A stretch of 64,000 bases of DNA from Terriglobia bacterium (GTDB taxonomy: Bacteria > Acidobacteriota > Terriglobia > JAJPHL01 > JAPKYU01), in contig CBDCVK010000010.1 in the NCBI GenBank assembly GCA_965223005.1, positions 992,001-1,056,000 on the forward strand, given 5' to 3'. Position 1 is the first letter of the stretch; each line of letters opens with the position of its first letter. The notes under the pieces are model-generated. The model was not told where the DNA came from and ran no database searches. It saw nothing but the letters and a program-made list of their open reading frames with translations. A program made the position numbers and the translations under genes. This document shows, one piece after another, positions 1 to 9,414 of this stretch.

Positions 1-3000
1 GGCGTCGGCCACCGCCAAGATGCGCGCTCCAAGGGGAATGTCTTCGCCCGTCAACCCTTCTGGATAGCCGTTGCCGCTGTAGAACTCGTGGTGATAGCGA
101 ACTGAGGCCGCGATGGAGGCGTTCACATGAACGGTTTCGAGCAGGCGCGCTCCGGCGCTGGCGTGCGTCTGCAAGGCGGCAAAATCGGCGGGAGTAAGTT
201 TTCCGGTTTTCTCCAAAATGCCAGCGGGCACAGACAGGTAACCAATATCGTGCACACGGGCCGCGGCCCGGAGATCGTCTTGCTCTCGTTCCGGCAGGCG
301 CATGGCGCCGGCCAGCAACATGGAGTAGCGGGTCATCGTCTGCAGGTGGCTGCCCCCAAGGTAAGCGCGCCGATCGACGGCCTCCGCCAGGGCCGCCATG
401 CCTTCCAGCACCGCGCGCTCCAACTCCAACGGGTCGCCGGGGAAGGCCGGCCAGGCTTCTTCCAGTCGCTGCAGCAGGTAATGGAAGGTCTCTGGCCCCG
501 TGCTTTCCAGCCGCCGGCTTAGGTTCTCCAGGTAGGTGGAAAGCACGTGCCCACGCCACAGCCTCTCCTCCTGGCGCCGGAACTGTTCTGCCACCTCCAC
601 CATGTTTCCTCCCCGGTGTTTGGCCAGGTAAAGGCCGGCGTCGGCGGCGCGGATTAACTCCTCGGGCGAATCGCCGTGGCTGGGGAAGGTGGCCAAGCCG
701 AAGCTGGCGGTCAGCTTCCGGGTTGAGAAGACTGAATCGGAGGCGATCCACAAGCGCAGGCGCTCAGCCAGAATCTGGGCCTGTTCGGCGCCAGCTTCCG
801 GCATCAATATTATGAATTCGTCGCCACCATAGCGGGCCACCACATTGGACTGGCGGCTTCTCTGATCCAAGATCTTTCCCAGCCGGGCCAGCACCAGATC
901 CCCTTCCAGGTGGCCCAGAGTGTCGTTCACCTGCTTGAAACTGTCCAGGTCAAGCAGCACGAGCGAAAAGACACGCCCGGCGCGCGTGGCACGTTTCCAC
1001 TCGGCTTGCAGGGATTCCATGAAGAAGTGATGGGTCTTGACCCCGGTCAGGCCGTCGGTAATAGCCTGCTGTCGGGTACGCTGGAAGATGAAGGCGTTGT
1101 GCAGGGCGGCGGAGAGATGGTCGGCCAGAGTGCGCAGGATCATCACGTCTTCTTGCTGGAAGGCACCCTCCTGGACGCTCTCCACGTTCAGCACGCCCAG
1201 CATCTGGTCGGCGTAGAGGATGGGCAGGCACAGTTCGGAGCGGGCGTTGGTCAGGATGCCCTGGGCGCGCTTTTCCGCGAGCAGGTCGTTCATCAGCACC
1301 ATTTCGCCAGTGCGGGCCACGCCCCCGATTACTCCCACGTCCAGCGGAATGCGGCGGCCCAGTGCCTGGGCCCGAAGCCCGGCTTCAGCCTTGATTTCGA
1401 TCTCCTTGGTCTGATAATCGAGCAGGCCGATGCCGATGTGGTCGTAGGCGAAGTTGCGCTGGATCTCGCGGGCGATTTCGGCCAGCATCTCGTCGGCGTT
1501 TAGGGTGGAGACGGCTATCAGGGTGATGTTGTTCAGAAAACTCAACTGGCGCAAACGCCGCTGTTCTTCGCTGAACAGCCGCGCGTTCTCCAGTGCGATG
1601 GCCGCCTGGCCAGCCAAAGTCTTCATGATTTCCAGGTGCCCCCCGTCGTAGGCGTTTTCGCGCTCAAGATTCTGCACGGCCATCACGCCGGTCGCGCGCT
1701 CGTGCAGTAGCAGGGGCACGCCCAGCCAGCAGCGCGCCGGACGGCTGCTCGGTTCGATGCCATGGGTGGCACGGAATTCATCCGGGCGTTCCCTGAGCAA
1801 GAGCGGTTCCCGGGTGCACAGGACATACTCGGTGATGGAGTTTCGCATTTTGCGCCGGCGCTTCGGCAGATAGACGCTGTTTTCCGCCTCCAGCTCAAAG
1901 TGAATTTGCCGGTCGGGTTCGTCCCACAAGGCAATGTAGAAATTCCTGGCGTCCATCAGCTTCTCGATTTCCCGGTGAATGCGGCGCAGCAGTTCATCCC
2001 GATTGAGCGTAGAACTGAAGGCGTGGCCGGTGTGGTTCAACAGGCGCAGTTCCTCAGCGCGACGGTGGGAGTCAAGGGACAGCAAGAAATTCTCCACTGC
2101 CATCGCAATCTGCTCGGCGACCGTGGCCAGCAGTCGCAATTCCGCCGGGATCCAGACCCGCTGTGCCGGATAGGCCAGCACGACCGCCCCGTATCGTACT
2201 GCGTTAGTCTTGAGCCCGATGGCGACCAAGGCCTGAAATCCCGCCTCCCGCAACACCTGGCGGAATTCCCGGAGCGCTGCATCGGATTCCGGGCCGGCGG
2301 CCGCCGGGCGATCTTGCAGATCGTCCACCAGCACCGGGCCGCCCATGCGGTCCACCAGAGCTGTCGCGGCGGCGTCTAGGTTGCGTCGCTCCCATTCGGC
2401 AACCGCCTCGGCGCTGAACCCGCGGAACAGGTGCGTCTCCGAGTAGCGCTCCGACCCTTGCAGGGTGATCATCCCTTGGGAAAGTCCGTACAGATTGAGA
2501 ATGCGCTCCAGCACCTGCCCCAGGGTCTGCTGAAGATTCCGGGCAGTCTGATAGCCGCTGGTGTGCAGATTGAGGTCTGAGAGGCCAAGCAGGTGGTCTT
2601 CTACTTTGTGCTGCTGTTCGTCATGGAGCACCACAGCCATGGCTACCGCCAGCACCAGCAGACTGTAGGTCGCAGCGCCAGAATTGGCGACTCCCAGTCC
2701 GGCGCTAAACAACGTGCCCGCGATCTCAGCAGCTAGCGTGCAACCCAGCAGCAAGGACGCCAGACTCAGAAGGCGCAGCCCCAGCGCCTTGCCGGCCCGG
2801 CTCTGGTGCCAGAAGCGAGCGGCAGCGTACAGCAGCAGGAGCGAGCTGGCGGCAGCCGGCGAAAGCGCGGCCAGAGGCTGAAGCCACCCGTAAGCATGGG
2901 TTGCGCTCCAGATGAGTCCGAGGCCCGCCCCCAACGCGTACCACTCCCCGAATCGAGGCCGCACTGGCGTTCCCAGCGCCATCGCCAGTAGCGACAGCGC

Positions 3001-3216
3001 AGCCAGCACCATCAGGGTCTCCTGTGCGGCTTGGGCCAGACGTTGGCCCGAATGTAGAGGCAGCAGTGGCAAGCTGTAGTACCCGGCCAGCAGCGCCCAA
3101 GTAGCAGCCCAGGCCAGCAAGAAACTCTGACCGCCGCGACGACGAACCGAGTAAAGCACGCCACAGGCCACCAGCGACAGCGCAAGCGCCAGAATGCCGT
3201 GGTGAGCCTGGTTCAT
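1..3216 (-). CDS. Membrane-anchored multi-GAF / GGDEF / HD-GYP c-di-GMP signalling protein (3' end beyond window)
   Basis: Hand-translated in parts; absent from the ORF track. ATG at 3216 (MNQAHHGILALALSLVACG) with hydrophobic N-terminus, GAF-type PARCWLGVPL, VARYGGDEF near 815-840, VHDIG, and RYHHEFYSGNGYPEGLTGEDIPLGARILAVADA at the edge, all in one frame. Confidence 0.9.
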   Translation of the reverse strand, partial: MNQAHHGILALALSLVACGVLYSVRRRGGQSFLLAWAATWALLAGYYSLPLLPLHSGQRLAQAAQETLMVLAALSLLAMALGTPVRPRFGEWYALGAGLGLIWSATHAYGWLQPLAALSPAAASSLLLLYAAARFWHQSRAGKALGLRLLSLASLLLGCTLAAEIAGTLFSAGLGVANSGAATYSLLVLAVAMAVVLHDEQQHKVEDHLLGLSDLNLHTSGYQTARNLQQTLGQVLERILNLYGLSQGMITLQGSERYSETHLFRGFSAEAVAEWERRNLDAAATALVDRMGGPVLVDDLQDRPAAAGPESDAALREFRQVLREAGFQALVAIGLKTNAVRYGAVVLAYPAQRVWIPAELRLLATVAEQIAMAVENFLLSLDSHRRAEELRLLNHTGHAFSSTLNRDELLRRIHREIEKLMDARNFYIALWDEPDRQIHFELEAENSVYLPKRRRKMRNSITEYVLCTREPLLLRERPDEFRATHGIEPSSRPARCWLGVPLLLHERATGVMAVQNLERENAYDGGHLEIMKTLAGQAAIALENARLFSEEQRRLRQLSFLNNITLIAVSTLNADEMLAEIAREIQRNFAYDHIGIGLLDYQTKEIEIKAEAGLRAQALGRRIPLDVGVIGGVARTGEMVLMNDLLAEKRAQGILTNARSELCLPILYADQMLGVLNVESVQEGAFQQEDVMILRTLADHLSAALHNAFIFQRTRQQAITDGLTGVKTHHFFMESLQAEWKRATRAGRVFSLVLLDLDSFKQVNDTLGHLEGDLVLARLGKILDQRSRQSNVVARYGGDEFIILMPEAGAEQAQILAERLRLWIASDSVFSTRKLTASFGLATFPSHGDSPEELIRAADAGLYLAKHRGGNMVEVAEQFRRQEERLWRGHVLSTYLENLSRRLESTGPETFHYLLQRLEEAWPAFPGDPLELERAVLEGMAALAEAVDRRAYLGGSHLQTMTRYSMLLAGAMRLPEREQDDLRAAARVHDIGYLSVPAGILEKTGKLTPADFAALQTHASAGARLLETVHVNASIAASVRYHHEFYSGNGYPEGLTGEDIPLGARILAVADA

Positions 3217-3236
3217 CGAGCGCGCCCCTTCCCTCG

Positions 3237-3266
3237 ACTATACACAGAGTAGAGAAACACCGTCAA
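3237..3266 (-). promoter_or_regulatory. Putative sigma70 promoter of the GGDEF gene
   Basis: TTGACG-18nt-TATAGT on the minus strand, about 20 nt upstream of the ATG. Confidence 0.55.
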
Positions 3267-3339
3267 TTCAACCGCGAAGCCGTTCGCGCGAGGCCGACTA
3301 GCCTGCCCGGCAGGGCAGGAATCGCGCTACAATGCGCCC

Positions 3340-4080
3340 GTGTTCACCACGGCGCGCGCACTGCACTGGGCCTCTCTGGCTGCGTTGCTGGTAGCGATCG
3401 CCTATCTGGCTGCTGCTGCGGCCACACCCGTAGCCCAGCAGCGGGCAGCGCCCTTCACGCTGGTCGAGCCGGAGCGCCAGTTGGAGGAGGTTGTGAGTTT
3501 GTTCGCGCTAGGCGTGATCCTGGGGGTGATGAAATTCGGGCAAGGGGTGGCCGGGATAGTGGCAGTGGTGGCCCTGGCTGCGCGCTCCCTGCGTCCGACG
3601 CGAGCCTTGTTTGGGGGCGGCTTCGCGGCTTTGGGGTTCCTGGTGCAGGCCGTCCGCGGCATCTGGATGGCCGCCGTGGAACCCTCAGCGGGAATCCTGT
3701 TCGTCGCCTCCCCTGACGAGGCTGCCCGGCAGGCGATGGTGGTGTTCATGCACCACAACTTGCTGTTCCAGCACCTATTCAGCTGGCTCTATGTGTTCTT
3801 TGCCGGAGTCGGCTTCGCTTTCCTTGCCTGGGCCTTGTGGGAGGAAGTCGAGCGTGTGGCAACCGCCTTCGTTCTGGCTGCCGCTGTGCATGCCTGCTAT
3901 TTCCCGCTGCTGATGTTTCTTCATTATTCAACCCGAGTGGCGGAGCGTCCCTTTCCACAACTTATGCTGGTTGCGGAAATTGCGGTGTGGCTGTTCCCCG
4001 GGCTGGCTTTTTTTCTCGGCTTTCTCTGGCTGAAGCAGCTTTCGGAAATCCGTACCGGCGAACCTGGATCCTTTGGATGA
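3340..4080 (+). CDS. Hypothetical multi-pass membrane protein
   Basis: 246-aa ORF with several hydrophobic segments; TACAAT lies 6 nt before the GTG. Confidence 0.7.
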   Translation: MFTTARALHWASLAALLVAIAYLAAAAATPVAQQRAAPFTLVEPERQLEEVVSLFALGVILGVMKFGQGVAGIVAVVALAARSLRPTRALFGGGFAALGFLVQAVRGIWMAAVEPSAGILFVASPDEAARQAMVVFMHHNLLFQHLFSWLYVFFAGVGFAFLAWALWEEVERVATAFVLAAAVHACYFPLLMFLHYSTRVAERPFPQLMLVAEIAVWLFPGLAFFLGFLWLKQLSEIRTGEPGSFG

Positions 4081-4179
4081 GAAGCTGAGTCACGCCCCGG
4101 GAGCTTTGGGCGGCCGCCGACGCGTATCATAGGGGATAGGGGAGGAGATAGGAGAGGAGGCAGGGGAGGTACCGAGCAG

Positions 4180-4380
4180 ATGGCTGAGAAGCCGCCGGAA
4201 GAGCGCCCGGAGCCGGAGCGCCGGTCGCGACGTCCCACGCCGCTAGGCTTGATGGGTCCCCCGGAGGGAATGGAACCGCCTCGGGCCAGCGGGCTTCCTT
4301 CCCTGCGGGCAGTGGGGATCATGGTGGCGTTCATGGCGGCAGCCTTGTTGCTGGCCTTCCTTTTCTCCCGCGGCTGTTAA
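4180..4380 (+). CDS. Small hypothetical protein with C-terminal TM helix
   Basis: 66 aa; GGAGG upstream; hydrophobic C-terminus. Confidence 0.55.
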   Translation: MAEKPPEERPEPERRSRRPTPLGLMGPPEGMEPPRASGLPSLRAVGIMVAFMAAALLLAFLFSRGC

Positions 4381-4470
4381 CCGATCGAACCATTAAAGAT
4401 TGGGCCATGCCGATTGGGTCATTGACGATTGAAGCGGCCCAATCAACAATTCTCAATCGGCCAATTGTCA

Positions 4471-5907
4471 ATGAGCCAACCAGAGGAGATCCGCGTCCGA
4501 TTTGCGCCGTCGCCGACCGGTTACCTGCATGTAGGCGGGGCGCGGACGGCCTTGTTCAGCTGGCTGTTTGCCCGCCGCCACGGCCGTCGAGGCAAGTTCA
4601 TTCTCCGCATTGAAGACACCGACGTGGAGCGCTCCAGTCCGGAGATGAGCGAGGGCATCCTGGAAGCGATGCGCTGGCTGGGGCTGGACTGGGACGAGGG
4701 GCCATTTTTTCAGTCCCAGCGCCGGGAACTCTACCGCTCCGTGGCGGAACGGGTCCTGGCCAAGGGCTGTGCATTCCGCTGCTATTGCGCGCCCACCGTT
4801 CCACCCGTCGTGGACAAAGGCAGCGAACGCCGACCTCGAGCGCTGCGTGATCCTTGCCGCACTCGTCGCCAAGAGGACCCGGCCGGCCGCGCGTTTGCCA
4901 TCCGCTTTCTAACTCCCAACGAAGGTGTGACCGCGTTCGAAGATGCAGTTTTCGGGCCCGTCGAGTTCCCCAATGCCGAACTGGAAGATTTTGTGCTGCT
5001 GCGTTCCGACGGCCTGCCCACCTACCACCTGAGCGTGGTGGCCGATGATCTGGACATGCGCGTTACCCACGTGCTGCGCGGCGCCGACCATCTGTCGAAC
5101 ACGCCCAAACAGGTGCTGCTCTATGAGGCACTTGAGGTTTCCCCTCCCCTGTTTGCCCATTTGCCGCTGATCCTGGGTCCCGATCGCACACGGCTCAGCA
5201 AGCGTCACGGCGCCACCTCGGTGGTCGCCTACCAAGACCAGGGCATGCTTCCGGCAGCCATGCGAAATTTCCTGGCCCTGCTCGGCTGGTCACCCGGTGA
5301 CGATCGTGAGCTGTTTTCTACATCGGAGCTGGTCGCTGCCTTTTCCCTGGAAGGCATCGGCAAGGGCAACGCCGTATTCAACCCGGGAAAACTGGAGTGG
5401 TTCAACCAACAATACATCCAGCAGTCCAGCGCCGAGCAGTTGCTCCCGTTTGTCCGTGAGCAACTGGAGCGGGCCGAACTCTGGCGTGATGAACTCGGCC
5501 GTGCGGATCGTGCCTGGTTGCTAGACGCCATCGGCCTGCTGAAGGCGCGCATGCGCACCCTGAAGGATTTCACGGGCAGCGCCCGAGCCTTCTTCACCGA
5601 CGACTATCCGGTGGACCCGCAGGCAGCCAAGAAATTCTGGAAAGACCCGGCATTGGCTGAGTTGCTGCCGACGCTGGCCGCCGTGCTTGAGCAGGTGGAG
5701 CCCTTCGACCCTCCCCGGACCGAAGCGGCGCTGCGCGGCTTTGCCGAGCAGCGCGGAGTAAAGGCCGGGCTGCTGATCAATGCCGCTCGCGTGGCGCTGA
5801 CCGGGCAGGCCGTGGCTCCCGGCATTTTCGAAGTGATAGCCCTGCTGGGCAGGGACCGCACAGTCAGTCGCCTGAAAAGCAGGTGTCAGGTCTCAGGGGT
5901 CAAGTAG
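4471..5907 (+). CDS. gltX: Glutamate--tRNA ligase
   Basis: RVRFAPSPTGYLHVGG, RIEDTD and RLSKR motifs; start moved to ATG 4471. Confidence 0.97.
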   Translation: MSQPEEIRVRFAPSPTGYLHVGGARTALFSWLFARRHGRRGKFILRIEDTDVERSSPEMSEGILEAMRWLGLDWDEGPFFQSQRRELYRSVAERVLAKGCAFRCYCAPTVPPVVDKGSERRPRALRDPCRTRRQEDPAGRAFAIRFLTPNEGVTAFEDAVFGPVEFPNAELEDFVLLRSDGLPTYHLSVVADDLDMRVTHVLRGADHLSNTPKQVLLYEALEVSPPLFAHLPLILGPDRTRLSKRHGATSVVAYQDQGMLPAAMRNFLALLGWSPGDDRELFSTSELVAAFSLEGIGKGNAVFNPGKLEWFNQQYIQQSSAEQLLPFVREQLERAELWRDELGRADRAWLLDAIGLLKARMRTLKDFTGSARAFFTDDYPVDPQAAKKFWKDPALAELLPTLAAVLEQVEPFDPPRTEAALRGFAEQRGVKAGLLINAARVALTGQAVAPGIFEVIALLGRDRTVSRLKSRCQVSGVK

Positions 5908-5918
5908 GAGGGAGAGAC

Positions 5919-6431
5919 TCAGCGGCCCTGGCGCCACTTCACCACATGGACCGGCGCTTCCACGGCGATCTTTGCTGGGGGATAGCAGGCGCTGTCATCG
6001 CAGGCTTGGTAGCGCAGTACCCCGCGCAGGATCACTTTCCCCGTCGGCATCCGGCCCGGTACCCGAAAGCGGCTGCGGATACTGACTGTTCCCTGGTAAA
6101 CCTTCAGCGGCTTGCCAGGCGCAAAGCTGAACGTGTAGCGCTCCGCTGGCGGATACTCCACATCAAGCAGCTTGAATTCCTTCGACGTCCAATTCAACTT
6201 TGTGGGAATCAGATAATCCAGGGTGGGCTTTCTGGCATTGATGTGGAACCCGGCGGCAATCTCCAGGCGCAGGGGCAGCTCCACTGTGTCCGCAGCCGCC
6301 GCCATCACCGGCGTGGAAGGGGGAAAGACCTTGACTACCTCAGCCCGCTTGGATCGCTCCCTAGCCGCCGCTGTCCAACTCAGGCAAAGGATCAAGAGCA
6401 GCGTTGCGGAGATTCTTGGAGCTTGGCTCAT
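5919..6431 (-). CDS. Exported DsbD N-terminal (alpha)-domain protein
   Basis: Signal peptide, GFHINA, YQACDDSACYPP motif. Confidence 0.85.
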   Translation of the reverse strand: MSQAPRISATLLLILCLSWTAAARERSKRAEVVKVFPPSTPVMAAAADTVELPLRLEIAAGFHINARKPTLDYLIPTKLNWTSKEFKLLDVEYPPAERYTFSFAPGKPLKVYQGTVSIRSRFRVPGRMPTGKVILRGVLRYQACDDSACYPPAKIAVEAPVHVVKWRQGR

Positions 6432-6500
6432 AGTCCCGGTTGTTTGCTCAGACTCGCTCCCCGCCTCTGCTGAATCGCCCTACGAAGGGAATCGGCTCCC

Positions 6501-7112
6501 TCACAGCAGCTTCTCGACCGCCTCCTCAAACACGCTGCGGCTCACCAACCCCTCGTGCTTGTCGCGAATACGCCCCTCTCGGTCGATAATAAACGTGGTC
6601 GGCAGCCCCCAGATGCCCCCAAACAGTTCGGCCACCGCATCGTTGCCGAGCAGGACCCGGTAGTTCATCTTGTATTCCTTGGCGAAGGGCTTGACCACTT
6701 CCAGGCCTTCGTCGTCCATGGCGACGCCGACGATTTCCAAGCCCTCGGCACCATAGCGGTCGTACAGGTCAACGAACCAGGGGATTTCGATGGTGCACGG
6801 GTGGCACCAGGTGGCCCAGAAATCTAGGATGACAACCTTGCCCTTCAGGTCAGCCATCCGGAAGTTGTTGCCGTGAATGTCCTTGAGGGCGAAGTCGGGG
6901 ACAAGCGGACCCTCCTTGTCCCCCGGAGGAGTCGGCAGCGGCTGCCGTGAGGCGAAGCGGTGCGCGCCAAACAGCAGCAGAGCGGTACCGACCAGAATCA
7001 GTCCGAAGTTCCGCAACGGGCGGCCGCGCCTCGATTTCTCGGGGGGAGGGAGGCTGCCACCTTCTGGCTCAGGCGGCGGACTGGAATCGAAAGGAGGTGT
7101 CTTGTCACTCAT
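6501..7112 (-). CDS. TlpA/ResA-family thiol:disulfide oxidoreductase
   Basis: TM anchor plus DFWATWCHPC; start at ATG 7112 (MSDKTPP). Confidence 0.92.
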   Translation of the reverse strand: MSDKTPPFDSSPPPEPEGGSLPPPEKSRRGRPLRNFGLILVGTALLLFGAHRFASRQPLPTPPGDKEGPLVPDFALKDIHGNNFRMADLKGKVVILDFWATWCHPCTIEIPWFVDLYDRYGAEGLEIVGVAMDDEGLEVVKPFAKEYKMNYRVLLGNDAVAELFGGIWGLPTTFIIDREGRIRDKHEGLVSRSVFEEAVEKLL

Positions 7113-7120
7113 ATATGGAA

Positions 7121-7849
7121 TTAAAGCGCAAAACGGTTCAAAAAGGAAAGATAGCCGGAAAGCCTGGTGAATTGGTTCGTCACGAGCAGAGCGCCGACCA
7201 AAATCAGCACCGCGCCGGAAAACACCTCCACCGTGTGCAGATGCCTGCGGAAACCACGGTAGAAGTTGAAGAACTGGCTCAGCCCCAGACTGGTCAGCAG
7301 GAACGGCACCGCGAGACCCAGCGAATAGACTGCCAGCAGCAGGATGCCCTGGGCAATTGTTTGCTTGGTGGACGCCAAAGCCAGGATGGCTGCCAGGATG
7401 GGGCCGATACAGGGCGTCCATCCAAAGGCGAATGCCAGGCCCAACAGCAGGGAACCCGGCGCCGACACAGATCGACTGGCTGGGTTGGTGCGGATGCGGG
7501 CATCGCGGTACAACAGGCCGATTTTCAGAATGCCGGTCATGTGCAGGCCGAACAGGATCACCACCACGCCGCCAACCTGCAACAGTAAGGGCAGGTGGGA
7601 GCGCAGCGTCCCACCCAGCCAGGTGGCCGAGGCCCCTAGCGAGATGAACACGATGGAGAAGCCAGCGATGAAGAACAGGGAATGGAACAGCACGCGGCGC
7701 AACAGGTGGTCATCCCGGCCAGCCGCTTTCAACTCCTCCACGCTGGCCCCGGAAATGATCGAAACGTAGCCGGGCACAAGCGGAAGAACACACGGGGAAA
7801 GGAAAGAAACGATCCCTGCGAGAAACGCTGCGGTTAACGAAACGTCCAT
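7121..7849 (-). CDS. ccdA: Cytochrome c biogenesis protein CcdA
   Basis: SFLSPCVLPLVP and FGWTPCIGP motifs. Confidence 0.95.
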   Translation of the reverse strand: MDVSLTAAFLAGIVSFLSPCVLPLVPGYVSIISGASVEELKAAGRDDHLLRRVLFHSLFFIAGFSIVFISLGASATWLGGTLRSHLPLLLQVGGVVVILFGLHMTGILKIGLLYRDARIRTNPASRSVSAPGSLLLGLAFAFGWTPCIGPILAAILALASTKQTIAQGILLLAVYSLGLAVPFLLTSLGLSQFFNFYRGFRRHLHTVEVFSGAVLILVGALLVTNQFTRLSGYLSFLNRFAL

Positions 7850-7954
7850 ACGTTATTTAGACGCTATGCGCGCAGCCTTTGGTGCACAAAACGGTTGCCC
7901 GCGACCCACGGTGCCTGTGTTCATATTACCGCACTCCGGCCCCCAAATGCGATT

Positions 7955-8548
7955 TTACGGGAAACCAGCCGCCGCGCGCCAAGCCTGCCATCGCTTGGTC
8001 CGGGCGCGCCGTTCCAACGTCCACTCCGAGTGACAGCTGCGGCGATGGCCTGCCTGGCGCAGTAGCAGCCAGGCGCCGGTGTCACAGAAGCTCTCACACA
8101 GGTAGTAGCGCCAGCGTGTCTGCCGGGCGCGGGCGGGTCCGGGAGAGGCTGCGGTCGTCGCCTGACCCTGGGCACCGCGCAGGGCCTCTTTGGCCTCCTC
8201 GGCGGAGTAGCCCAGTTCGCCACGGATGCCGGCTTCCGTTTCCCGCGCGATGGCAGCTTCATAGAGGCGGCGGCCAGATCGCAATCGTGGCCAGAGGAAG
8301 TGGCAGAGTTCGTGGTACAGGATGCGGCCTAGTTCTCCGGGCCGCGAAAACAGCGATTGCCCCAGCAGCAGGTAGCGCTGTGGGATAAAGCTTGCCGCAT
8401 GGGCCGGACTGCGTGCCTGCGTTTGCAGGCTGGCCGCCGCGGCAACTTTGATGCGCGGCAGCCGCATGCTGAATCCTGCGGGCAGCGCTTCCAGCCAGCG
8501 CGCCAGTGCCGCCCGCTGCTTGGCTGAAAGTTGCGGGGACAGTTCCAC
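7955..8548 (-). CDS. Hypothetical protein with HExxH motif (possible Zn metallopeptidase-like)
   Basis: ILYHELCHFLW; C-terminal part of ORF 7955..9136; start (GTG 8548) uncertain. Confidence 0.6.
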   Translation of the reverse strand: MELSPQLSAKQRAALARWLEALPAGFSMRLPRIKVAAAASLQTQARSPAHAASFIPQRYLLLGQSLFSRPGELGRILYHELCHFLWPRLRSGRRLYEAAIARETEAGIRGELGYSAEEAKEALRGAQGQATTAASPGPARARQTRWRYYLCESFCDTGAWLLLRQAGHRRSCHSEWTLERRARTKRWQAWRAAAGFP

Positions 8549-8749
8549 GGGTCCGCAGCGCCGCCCTCCCCGGAAGCGGTGCGGCGCCAGAATCACCCGT
8601 GCCGAGGTTCTATTTCCGACAGCAGCCGTACGGTCTCGTAACTTGACAACCACGAGGATAACAGTACTAGATAGCAATGGCAGCAACCAGAGGGGATCTG
8701 CGCGTGTCCATTTGGCTGGAGTCTTGGCCTGCGTCTCGGAGGGAGTCCA

Positions 8750-9301
8750 GTGTACGTGCAACCGGGATCGGAACTCAGTTCGCTGTTCACCGGATTGGTG
8801 GAACACAACTTCCACGGAACTCTGGCGTTGGACGATCCCGAGGTCACTTCCTATATCATCGGCTTGCTCACCGATTTTGTCCGAATCGAAAATCTCTACA
8901 AGGTCCGTGACACGCAAGGCCGGCCGCTGGAAGACGTGGGGGAGATGATGATTGAGTCCAATCCCCTGATGAACGCTCCTTCCTTTGACCGGGAACGGCA
9001 GGTTCGGAAGCACATTGGGGACTTCACCTTGTTCTTCACCGGCATGTTTCCCGAATCCATCCGCAACTGGCGGCTGCGGCACGAGCGCCTGGATTCCTTC
9101 GTGGACTACGTCAAGGCTGGCAAGGAGTCCTATCACATTGTGGCGGCATTCGACCAGTTCGAGTACCGCAAGGTCGCGCCGCTGTTTCGGCAGCTTTCCG
9201 ACAAATTTGAGATGTGCGTCTACGGCCTGAACCTGGTGCGGCGCGAACTGGACTCAGGCCGGCCCCGACTCACCGGACAAATCCGCGAACTGCTCAGCTA
9301 A
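8750..9301 (+). CDS. Hypothetical protein
   Basis: 183 aa; GGAG RBS before GTG; globular composition (RKHIGDFTLFFTGMFPE). Confidence 0.8.
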   Translation: MYVQPGSELSSLFTGLVEHNFHGTLALDDPEVTSYIIGLLTDFVRIENLYKVRDTQGRPLEDVGEMMIESNPLMNAPSFDRERQVRKHIGDFTLFFTGMFPESIRNWRLRHERLDSFVDYVKAGKESYHIVAAFDQFEYRKVAPLFRQLSDKFEMCVYGLNLVRRELDSGRPRLTGQIRELLS

Positions 9302-9414
9302 AGCGGCGGGTATCAGGTTTCAGGTGCCAGCCGGGTGCCAGGTGTCACGAAATTGCCTTGGCGTGGGACCGGAACCCGACCCTGGCATCTACGGGCCGCC
9401 GGTCCATGGGCAGA

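Noticed and set aside
4131-4170. Purine-rich run as a G-quadruplex
   Set aside because: Only three long G-runs; adequately explained as low-complexity SD-containing sequence
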